Of a stretch of DNA of 64,000 bases, positions 1 to 10,900 are shown one piece after another. The notes under the pieces are model-generated. The model worked only from the letters and a program-made list of their open reading frames with translations. It had not been told where the DNA came from and searched no databases. Origin of the DNA: Octopus vulgaris (taxonomy: Eukaryota); the NCBI GenBank assembly GCA_951406725.2, contig OX597833.1, forward strand, positions 34,286,001 through 34,350,000, read 5' to 3'. The position numbers and the translations under genes are program-made. Position 1 is the first letter of the stretch. Every line of letters begins with the position of its first letter.

Positions 1-228
1 ACTTCACTGTATCAAGGTACTGGTTGAATTGGCCATTGACTACTCGGTAATTCTCCTGCCCTTTGACGGGTATTATTTTCCATCCTGCAGGGTGTCCAAC
101 AATCATCCTCCTCACCAAGCAAGCTTGATAGGGTTGCAAGTTTAGTTGCTGACAACCCTGTCATGTGACAGGTTGTACTGCATTACATGTTACCAGTAGT
201 GCTAAAGAGTTGCCTGACATATTATATA

Positions 229-1757
229 CTAGCAGAGATACCCGGCGTTGCCCGTGTCACATGACATTGAAGAATTAAACATTTCTTTTATATTTTCTCT
301 AATAAACTGGAATTCCCATGATTTGAATTTCATCAAAATTGCAGATGAGGGATTTTAATGAAGGTTCTTTCCCTCTTTACACACCCTAGCAAAAATTCTA
401 ATCATGATACATTTATCTCACACTACTCATCTTTACGCCCAAATTCCAAAATCCAAATTTTATGGAACCTATTCAAAGGTTTCTGCTCTTGAAAAATGGA
501 GGTCATGGAGCTCTGAAATGTGGGAGTTAAGGCCCCTATAGGCGGGAGGGGTGTTTTAAGTCAACCAGAGAAGTTGAATTGAGAATCTTTTTAACTTGGG
601 TCTTATATGTAGTGTTCAAATTTCTTTGAAATCGGAAATATATGTATGTTATCTGGGTTTGTAAAAGAGAGCAAAGCTACAGGAAACTAAAAGACGAATG
701 ATCACAATAATCAGTCTACTACCTTACCCTAGTCGTTATCACTCCCCAATGTAGGATTCCTCACCATACAGGTGACAGGCACAGCTGTAAGATGCATTAT
801 AGATCTATAGCAATTGGAAAGGCGTGGGGAAACAAAAGTGTCACCTCTGGAGTTTACCAATGATCACTATACTGATAGGTAACTGGACAGAATAAATTTG
901 CAATCTATGAATCTCTTTGAATAACCAGTTACTTATCTTGGAAGGCCTTGAAATCAATGTTACCATCTGGGGACTATCTCTGACCCAGAGATAATAAAAA
1001 GACTCAAAGGAGATCTGCAGCCAAATAACTTTATTCAACACTTTGCAACTGAATCAGTGGAGGCAAAGATGCCTCTCCTTTACTTGATAATTTATGCACC
1101 ACATTGCAGAAATCACAATCTAAGTATATTTCAAAGCAAAGTCTTACACTGTTGTACCACTGAATTACAAATAACGCTCATCTTTTATGCTTGGGTGACC
1201 CTACAGCTTCCAAGAGTACAACTGTATTCGTCTTGGCTTAGAAAAAAGGACTAAATTGTGGGTGTTAATTTGAAATTTTAGAATATAACTTCCAAATTTC
1301 ATAAAGATCAATTCAGTAATTTTGAGGTAGTTTTGGATCATAAAAAAAAATGACTAAAATTTGGAGTTAGGGGGTTTTAGAATCCTCATGAGAAGTGGAA
1401 CTTTGGGAATACTTCTTGATGTGTGTCAATTACCTATGGTTGAAATTTCATCAACATCGGAAATTTATGAAATTTAATTGGGGTGGGGGTGGGGGTTCTG
1501 TCCTCTTTTTAAGCCACCTCAAATTCAAACCAAACATACTGCATTATACCTGCCCCTATGCATTGAATCTAAGTTCCAAATATCATAAGGATCCATTCAT
1601 TAATTTTGGTCCATGAAATTGTATGAAACACACAGCATTACCTTTCTCCCTCGGCTTGGATTTTGTGTTCCAAATGTCATTAGGATTGGTGCAGTAGTTT
1701 TCGAGTCTATAAGTAACACACGAACAAATATAAAGACATTGGGTTTTATATAATAGA
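229..1757 (-). mobile_element. Non-autonomous Helitron
   Basis: Minus strand begins A|TCTATTATATAAAA (1757) and ends with hairpin-like CGGGCAACGCCGGG, then CTAG|T (229-232); no TSD; internal repeated CCAAATTTCATnAAnATC-like motif. Confidence 0.75.
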
Positions 1758-1859
1758 TATGAATATGCACATATACATACATGTATATATGTGTGTGTGT
1801 GTGTATTATATAATATTGATAGATGCAATTGAGTGGGCAAACAAAAATATGAGACACAG

Positions 1860-2030
1860 CCTTGAAGAATTTTTGTTGAATGAATCGACCCCAGAGCTTT
1901 TTTTTATTTTGATAAGCCTAGTGCTTATTCTATCAGTCTCTTTTTGTCAAACCAGTAAGTTATGGGGATGTAAATAAACTAACAGCAGTTGTCAAGCAGT
2001 GATGAGGGAGAAACAGACACAAAGACACGC
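1860..2030. mobile_element. Degraded SINE copy (family also at ~19500-19710, ~22660-22830, ~51600-51770)
   Basis: Shared tract ...aatc(g/a)accccag...tagt(a/g)cttattctatc(a/g)gt...gttgtcaagcagt... ending in a CA-rich tract. Confidence 0.6.
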
Positions 2031-2086
2031 ATATACACTTACATATATACACATATATATATGTACATATATACACTTACATATAT

Positions 2087-2142
<56 letters not shown>

Positions 2143-2344
2143 TATATAAATAAGAAAATGGAGAAACAAATTCATCTCGTTCATCAACTTATGGATATTA
2201 CAATTTTACATTACTTATTAATTATACAAATGAGAACATCAAAAGCAAACAAAACATTATATAAATCAATAGATAATATAATAATAAAAATAATACAAAT
2301 ACATATTTTAAAAGTTATATTATAAATTATTGAAATTCATAAAC

Positions 2345-2480
2345 TACTTCTTACAGCTGTTTCAGCCTATGGTCAAAAGTCAATCCAACTTATATTGCCT
2401 ATAGATGTCAGTATATTATGGTTGTAGGCATTAAAAATTATACTTATGTTAAAAGAACCATAGGCCTCGTCAGAGGTTAT
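2345..2480 (-). ncRNA. Type I hammerhead ribozyme motif with enlarged stem II loop (partly degenerate)
   Basis: Minus: CTGACGA (2473-2467), GGCCTATGGTT ...~80 nt... GACCATAGGCT, GAAA, CAGCTG, TA| ; stem I only 2 bp. Confidence 0.6.
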
Positions 2481-2578
2481 AATTAACTTGAAAAGTATAA
2501 TAATAATAATATTGATATACAAAACATGCTGCACTTCATATCTAATATACACAAATAAATAATAAATAAATATCCAAA

Positions 2579-2625
<47 letters not shown>

Positions 2626-2974
2626 TACATACATGTATATATACATAAGCAAACCGTAAATACTATTCACATGCGCAAAATACATTAAAGAACATCATTG
2701 AACAATATATTACATTACATTGGGTATATCATGCGTTGTATAGTCAAGTAAATACATTCTAATGTATATACACTACTATGTTTAACAGTACCAACAGTAT
2801 TATTGCTTCAACGGTAATCCTCAACAGATCATACATACTATATTCATGTTTACTAATATAACAAGGTTCGAAATATAAATATTCACACATATACATGCAC
2901 AAACAAAATATTTGCGTATAAGTATATTAATCAGACAAACATAATCTAGATATTCCTTAATGCATCCACGTAAC

Positions 2975-3586
2975 GTAGGGGCCAATTCTGTAGGTTTTTA
3001 CTCCACTCTAAATGCTTTGCAATGTTTGTTTTTGAAAGTAGTGGTTTTCTGATTGCAGCCCTCCAATAAAATCAGGCTTTGTGCAGCTCCTGGCAAACAG
3101 TTTTTGTGGAAACTGGTTTCTCAAGGTGGTCATTAAGCTCTGTCGTAATTTTGGGAGCTGTATTTTTATGATCCTTTCTAACAATTCATGTAAGAGTCCA
3201 ACGGTCCCTATCTGAAAGTTCTGGTTTCCTTCTCGAGTTTTATTTCAACAAGGAGGTTTTTCTCTCTTTCTCAAAGGCTGTCATTACTTTATAGACAGTA
3301 CTTCTTGATACACCAAATATTTCGGTTGTTTTCGCTATGCTAGTACCTACCATACAAGCACCAATAATTTGACCTCTTTGAAAGTCTGACAGATCTGTCA
3401 TTTTAATGAATTTTAATTATCTTTTTCTGATGATATCTGAAAAGAAACAGCAATTTTAGCAAAACATATTAAGTAATACTAATAATAAATCAAAAAACAT
3501 AAAATAAACAAGCATTTGATGGTTTTATAGATATTTCAAAATTATGATGTTATGATGCTAGGTGTTTCCATTATTTTGTCCAACCC

Positions 3587-3589
<3 letters not shown>
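2975..3589 (-). mobile_element. Tc1-like transposon, 5' part (TIR plus disrupted N-terminal transposase)
   Basis: TA|CAGGGGTTGGACAAAATAATGGAAACACC terminus at 3589; ATG 3401 gives MTDLSDFQRGQIIGA...VSRSTV...RKPELSDRD...RAAIRKPLLS with in-frame stops. Confidence 0.8.
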
Positions 3590-3632
<43 letters not shown>

Positions 3633-3634
<2 letters not shown>

Positions 3635-5045
3635 TCATCGTTTAGCGTCCGTTTTCCATGCTAGCATGGGTTGGACGGTTCTACTGGGGTCTGTGAAGCC
3701 AGAAGGCTTCATCAGGCCCAGTCAAATCTGGCAGTGTTTCTACGGCTGGATGCCCTTCCTAACGCCAACCACTCCGAGAGTGTAGTGGGTGCTTTTTACG
3801 TGCTACCCGCACAGGTGCCAGACAGAGCTGGCAAACGGCCACGAACGGATGGTGCTTTTTATGTGCCACCGGCACGAGGGCCAGGCGAGGCTGGCAACGG
3901 ACACGAAATGGAAGGTTCTCTTACATGCCACCGGCACTGGTAAAACATCTGCAATTTCCATTGATCGATTTCGATTCTGATCCTCACTTGCCTCAACGGG
4001 TCTTCACAAGTAGAGTTTCGACATGCCACCGGCACTGGTAACACATCTGCAATTTCCATTGATCGATTTCGATTCTGATCCTCACTTGCCTCAACAGGTC
4101 TTCACAAGTAGAGTTTTGTGTCCCAAGAAGGGAAGGTATGCATACGTAGGCTGGCTCCATCCCATGTAGAAGGCCACGGGTTATGGACTCACTTGTCCTG
4201 CCGGGTCTTCTCGCACACAGCACACTTCCAGAGGACTCGGTCTCTAGTTATTTCCTCAGTGAGACCTAAAGTTCGAAGGTCGTGCTTCACCACCTCGTCC
4301 CAGGTTTTCCTGGGTCTGCCTCTTCCACAGGTTCCCTCAACCGCTAGGGTGTGGCACTTTTTCACACAACTATCTTCATCCATTCTCGCCACATGACCAT
4401 ACCAGCGCAAACGTCTTTCTTGCACACCACAACTGATGCTTCTTAGGTCCAGCTTTTCTCTCAAGGTACTTACACTCTGCCGAGTATGAGTACTGACATT
4501 ACACATCCATCGGAGCATACTGGCTTTATTTCTTGCGAGCTTACGCATATCCTCAGCAGTCACGGCCCATGTTTCACTGCCATGTAGCATGGCTGTTCGT
4601 ACACACGCATCATACAGTCTGCCTTTCACTCTGTGCGAGAGGCTTTTTGTCACCAGCAGATGTAAGAGCTCTCTGAACTTTGCCCAAGCTATTCTTACTC
4701 TAGCAGTTACACTTTCAGCACACCCGCCCCCGCTGCTGACTTAGTCACCTAGGTAACGGAAACTATCAACTATTTCTAGTTTTTCTCCCTGGAAAGTGAC
4801 GGAAGTTGGTCTCAGAGCATTTTCAGTGTTTATTGTTCCTGAGCATCTGCCACATACAAAAACCATCTTCCTAGTTAGCCTTCCTTTGACATTGCTGCAC
4901 CTCTTATGTGTCCATAGCTTACACTTGGTGCATCTTATAGAGTTTCTACCTACACCTTTTCTACAGATCGAGCAGGGCCATCTACCTGAACTCGTTTGTG
5001 ATTTTTCTACCTTCCTACTGATTACGACTTTGGTTTTAGCTAGAT
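3633..5045 (-). mobile_element. RTE-clade LINE, 5'-truncated 3' part
   Basis: ORFs 4741-5040 and 4189-4653: NLAKTKV...FRYLG, AWAKFREL, MLHGSETW, RRLRWYGHVARM, GRGRPRKTW; (GAT)n tail at 3633; ~98-bp tandem duplication in 3' UTR (3923/4021). Confidence 0.9.
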
Positions 5046-5344
5046 TATATATATATATATATATAGGAAATAATATAATGCGAACCAGAAATGATTCTGG
5101 AATCCGTTCCCTGTATACTAGAGAAAGGTAGTACATATCACAGAAAACATACACCTATTCAACAAGAGGAATGAATATCTTCAATAATTGGTCTGAACTT
5201 TAGGCAGGATAAGACAACCATCAAGCCTCTTCCCCCACTTCTACACATGCAAATGTATGAAACAAGAATTGAACCACAAACAGTCAATCCAAATGTGGTT
5301 GGTAAGTAAGCTACTTACCACACAGCCACTCCTGCGCCTCTCAA

Positions 5345-6110
5345 CCACCCAACCAGGCTCATTCCTCTGCTCCCACCCATGCTGCCGCACTTGCCCTTAC
5401 TTCTCCAACACCACCCTCCTCACAGACACCCATCACTGACTCCTTCACCTACACTTCTAGCAACGTCATCTACTGCATCTCTTGCTCTCTCTGTCCTTCT
5501 CTATACATTGGTCAAATGGGATGCTGCTTGGCTGACCAGTTTGCGGAATACCTCCGAGACATCAGACAATGACACTCCAGTCTCACACCATTTCCATTCT
5601 ACCGGTCATTTTTTACAACACCTGTCTGTTTGGATTGTCATTGCACATAGGCCATCTTCGCTGTGAACAGGGATTAATCTCTCTTTGCTTCTTTGCATCA
5701 CATGGGCTTAACTCTCCTCCCTTCTCCTCTCTTACCTACTTCCTCCCACCCACCTCTCCTCTCTTGCTGACACCTACTTTCCTCTTCACTCCTACCCTTC
5801 TTCCTGCATCATCACCTCCTCCCTTGCTACCCCACCCTACACATTCCAACCCCACCATCCCTATACATCACATCCCCACCCCAACACCACCACACATGTC
5901 AAGGTCACCAGCCTCCCTCCACACCCACATACATGCTCTCACATACGCACGTGCAACCCCGTTTTGGGATCACCACTACTTTATTATCTTCGCTTCTTCC
6001 GAGCTCTCCTATGTGATCCCTCTGTTCGGCATTTACCATGATAGATCACTAGCCACTAAACCTTTTTTATTTTCTCTCCCTGTTTATTTCTGTATTCCTT
6101 TCTGTCAAAG
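5345..6110 (+). mobile_element. Penelope-like (Neptune-type) GIY-YIG endonuclease relic plus 3' region
   Basis: Across frameshifts: CSHPCCRTC, SSNVIYCISCSLCPSLYIGQ, PVSHHF, HGLN; ends in ...cctttctgtcaaagag, a truncated hammerhead-like tail. Confidence 0.7.
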
Positions 6111-6243
6111 AGTGTGTGTGTGTATAAAATATATGTATGCATGTATATATCTGTACATATATACACATGCATACATATATTTATACATACATATACATAC
6201 ATATATGCACGCACATACACACACACACTCATATATATAGAAG

Positions 6244-6400
6244 CAGGTGTAGCTGTGTGGTAAGAAATTTGATTCCAAAACACATGGTCCAGGGTTCAGT
6301 CCCACTGTGTGGTAACTTGGCATGTATCATCTGCTATAGCCTCAGAACAACCAAAGCCCTGTGAGTGGATTTTGTAGACAGAAACGGACAGAAACCAATC
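6244..6400 (+). mobile_element. tRNA-derived SINE (copies also ~14280-14420, 22512-22640, 43910-44070, 44265-44420, 51495-51600)
   Basis: A/B-box-like head (gtagctgtgtggtaag ... ggttcagtcccac) and conserved body ...accaaagccctgtgagtggattt...gacagaaac. Confidence 0.7.
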
Positions 6401-7039
6401 ATATATATATATATCTGATTCTTCTTATACTGTCAGTGATGAAGAATTCTCAGTTTGATGTTGATATGAGCACCAAATTGTCAGGTAGAATCAGTGTGAC
6501 TCAAGTGTGACAAGGCTGGATCTTTATGAATTACAGGTACAGTTTATCCAACAGGCTTCTGTACAATTTCCATATTCACAAATTCACTTACAAATCTTAG
6601 GTCATCCTGAAGCAACAGTGATGTCACTTGCTAAAGTTATGGTGATTAAGATAAAATATTAAGGAGTAGCCAATGTTTTTCTCTGGCTAAACAAGCAAAG
6701 CAGACAACTTTGCACATTTCTGGTCTCTTCACTTTTTTTAACAGAAGAATAACATTTGCCATTGTTCATTGACCTTGTAGCAACTACCTTACTGAAAAAA
6801 AATATTTTTAAAAGAGTATTGCATGGTGCTGGGAAATTAGATTGATAATTTAATTATAAAGAGGTTCCAATGGAGAGCAATGTCGAAGGTGTTACTGTTG
6901 TTAACAACAGCTAAGACATGTATGGAGTTGTCTCTCTTGTTTGCTGGATCAAAGAATGCCTAGCTATTCTAATATTTTCCTTATTTTTTAAAATCCATTT
7001 TGTGGTAAAATAAAGAGCTTCAATTTCCAACATTGATTT

Positions 7040-7182
7040 AATATATATTTTTTTCTTATACAAGAATGTTGTTGACAGTGACTTCAAAGTTTCAGTCAGC
7101 TGAGCCATTGTTGGCCAATAGCATAGCTGGTCAAAACTTCAAAGTCACTGTCAACAACATTTTTGTATTAGGATAATATATT
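7040..7182. repeat. Palindromic/MITE-like inverted repeat
   Basis: atgttgttgacagtgacttcaaagtttcagtcagct ... agctggtcaaaacttcaaagtcactgtcaacaacat with further imperfect outer pairing. Confidence 0.8.
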
Positions 7183-7299
7183 TGTACTCAACAAAAGTAT
7201 AGAGTAACCCATCAGATTAATGTAAAAAATTTTTCTCCTATAACTGAATATATAAAAATGAACATTTGTATATATGGCATATATTTGTTTTAAAATTAA

Positions 7300-7323
7300 T
7301 TATTTTTTTCTTCTGTCTTTCAG
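7300..7323 (+). promoter_or_regulatory. Candidate 3' splice acceptor for the exon carrying the zinc-finger CDS
   Basis: Polypyrimidine tract ttttttcttctgtcttt followed by CAG, ~625 nt upstream of the ATG. Confidence 0.45.
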
Positions 7324-7947
7324 ATGTGAGCTATTACCGTGTTCTATCAACTGTTCACCCTGGACCAATGTTCAGTTGACTGTGATAGAAGAGGGTCAAA
7401 AAGATACAATGACTTCCCTGACTCAGTCAAGACACAATCTGCCGATGATGGTATTGCATAATGTGTAGTTGTTGCATGCAAGTGCAACAGAATTGAAGAT
7501 ATTTGTTGCCAGAGAAGCTGTGCAAATGAATGTCAACAAATATCTTAGTAATACATTGGTCTTTGTTGAAATGGAATTTGAGAGTGACTTAACTGACAAC
7601 CATACAAAATGAGTAATGAGCTACAATCCAAGAGAATGACCCAACTCGGACCATGTTGCTAAGAAACATAGGTTTGTGTTGACACTTCACAAATATAACA
7701 ATTAACAAATGTAATCAACAGAACCACAGCAAAAAACAATAATAAGTGTTAATAATTATGGTAATGATTGCCTCCATAAAATCAATATTCATTTATTACA
7801 TATAAGTAATAAAAAATTTATCCTTTTTGAAACACTAAATTGACCAATAGATAGCTAGAATCTGCTAATTTAGTGTTTGGAACTGAAAAATTATTGCTTA
7901 TTAAAACTTTATAAAATAAAACAAAACAAAACAAAAATTGTCAAAAA

Positions 7948-10900
7948 ATGGGTGCAACTCATATTGAAGATGCTAGTGCTCAACCAGGAAAACTTTATAC
8001 ATGTGAGCACTGTCAAATGACATTTTCTCGTCCTGTACACCTGGAGAGGCATATGAGAAATGTTCATTCTCAAGAGAGAGAGTCAGAATGTAATATTTGT
8101 CATAAATTGTTTCAAAACAAACACTATTTATCCGTCCACATGCTGACTCACAATGTCAACAAAGAGCTGCAGTGTCCACTTTGCAAGATGACATTTAATA
8201 ACTTGGCTACTTTAAACAAACACAAAGATGCTCACTTAGGTATTGGTGTGACACAGGCACAGAAAGACAATCTTAGTAATTTCCGGCAACCACGAACTAT
8301 TGCCAATCTGTTGGCCAGCAACCAGTCCAGTCGAGGTAACTCATCGAATGTGCCCTTAATTAGTGTGGCTCCTGGCATTAACAATGCAAACACTTTGAAC
8401 TGTGATTTACGTTCTACAGATTTGAGGTCAATGAACAAAAACAAGAGGAATTTGTTGCCTAATCAAGTTTCTCTCCAAAATGCGATGAGACTTGCATCAA
8501 ATGACACAACTGTTAACTGTGATCTAACATCCAGAGACATCAACTCCCTGAACACAAACCAAACTGTGAGATTGGCTCAAAAACGCCCCAGTAACAGTGA
8601 TAATGATGTCATAGTCACTGGGGTCAGTTCACTGAAGCGACCGTTTCGATTTCAAAACTTATCTAATTCCACAACACCTCAGAATCGACAGCCCAGTGCA
8701 AATCAACTATCAAAAGCAGCTGCTATTTCTCTTTTGTCTCAACAGTTGGCATCTCAGAAGAACTCCCAGAATTCCCTGTTACAAAATCAAATTCAGGTTC
8801 AAAGTTCATCTACACGCCAGAACTCTACACACAATCCCTCCGGTAGAAATATTACTGATCGAATCTATTTGATGCCTGAAAATGGCAACAGCAGAAACGT
8901 AGTAAGAATGCAACAGCCATCAAATTTTAGGTACAGTCAAAGAAAGCAGTTAGCACAACAGCCAATTCCAAATCAGCGCTATTCCACTAACAGTCTTTAT
9001 TCCAATCCTTTAAATCAACAGAGTCAAAGAAATGTTGTTAATTGCGATTTAACTCGTTCTGATCTTGCTACAATCAGTCAGCGATCAGGGGCTGCTGCAT
9101 CAAATGTGACATCACAGTTCTCCAATGGTAGCAAATCAAACAGTACAGTGAATTGTGACCTGACAATTTCTAATATCAGTTCATTGAACCGTAACTACAG
9201 ACCTAGCAACAACTTGCTTGCATCAAGATCAAGAAACTCTGTTTCTCAAAATAATCTCCCTTCAAACCGAGTGAGAAGTGCCGTGAATTTTGATCTCACT
9301 ACAGCAGACATAAATTTCCTCAGAAGAAACCGGCGTATACGTCAAGTAGAAAGATTAACTGATGTTGGTGCACCAACAGTGGGTCAAACATCAAATACTT
9401 TGAACTGTGATCTGTCTGTTGTTAATTTGGGTGCCATGGAACGAAACAAAATGCCACCAAGCAATAATAGTCGAATTAATCGGATAAATTTAAATCAGAT
9501 CCCAAAACAGGTGCAGAATACACTCAACTCTGGTCTTAGAGCAAATAATTTGAATGACTGGAACAAACGCAACACAATAGTATACCAGCAAAAGAACAAC
9601 CAAGTCTTACAAAGCCCTACTAGTCACCCAGTGAATACCCTTAATTGTGATCTTACCAGTGTCAATCTTGGCACTTTGAACCAGCAGCAAGCTGCCAACA
9701 ATAGTAATATTGTTAACCAAGAGGTTCGTCCAGTTCAGATTTATGCAAACAGCAATGTCCCTCTTAGTTCACTGGTTCGTAAAGACATAAGTCCAAGAGA
9801 AAATAGTATGACTGGTACTCCAACTAGCAGCAATAGTTACCCTGTACAGATTGTAAGAAACCGAAGTCATCAGAAACGTGCTGTAAACGTCAACCCAGGA
9901 GTATCTACTTTAAACAGTCCAAATGCCATGCTAATCTCACGACTGAATCGCCAAAGGAAGATGCTAGCTACTCCTAACAACATCCCTGTTATAGATCTTG
10001 TGGCTGAGGAAGAGAAAACTTCGAATGTGCCTTCAGGATCAACTGATGTTGTTCAGTTTGATTTGACCAATCCTGACATCAACATTATTAGTTACGAGAA
10101 TGGTACCAGCTTGTCTAGTAGTAAGTCGACTTCCAAAAATGTTGTTGATATTGTAGACTTGGAATCACATGACAGCTCTGGAAGACCTCCAGTGTTGAAT
10201 AATCAGGCATCTGTTGTAGAATTTGATCTTTCCAACAATAACATCAGAGCATTTAATACAAATCAGAATCGTATTCCAAACACAAGTACAATCAATTTGA
10301 ACAGCAATCTCTGGGCGTCATCTAACTCCACTAGAAACAACAGCCTAAATGTTCAGTCTGCTACTGTAGCCAATGAAAGTAGTTCGTCATTGTCAGACAT
10401 TACTCTCGTTGACATCAGATCTTTAAAGCCATCGGAGGAAGTAACTGAAACTGTAAGCAGACATGTTGATGAAGTCGGTGACAAATCTTCTGTCTCTGGC
10501 ATTACTCTTGTAGATATCCGTTCACTGAGTAGTGCTGAGATTGAAGCCAACTTCCAAACATCCAACAAAGAACCCTTAACAGTAACAAATTCTGAAACAT
10601 CCCAGATGTCACATTCTTCTACAAGAACTGGGAATGTTTCTGACAATTATCAAGTTGGAGACAGCTCTCTTACAGCTTCTAAAGTTCCGACATTAAATCC
10701 ATTAATTCGACCACCATCTACAAAAGCGATAATTACTGTTGATCTTAGTTCCATTGATTTTGAAGACATTGATGAGGCTAAACGTACAACACCACAGGCA
10801 AGTAAATCAATTTCTGAACAATACGAAGATGAGAACTTTACTTGCAAATATTGTTCAGTGAAAGTCCGTTATCTTTATAACTATATATTTCACCTTAAAT

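Noticed and set aside
5569-6240. 223-aa ORF as a host gene
   Set aside because: Composite of PLE tail, C/T-rich low-complexity sequence and microsatellite
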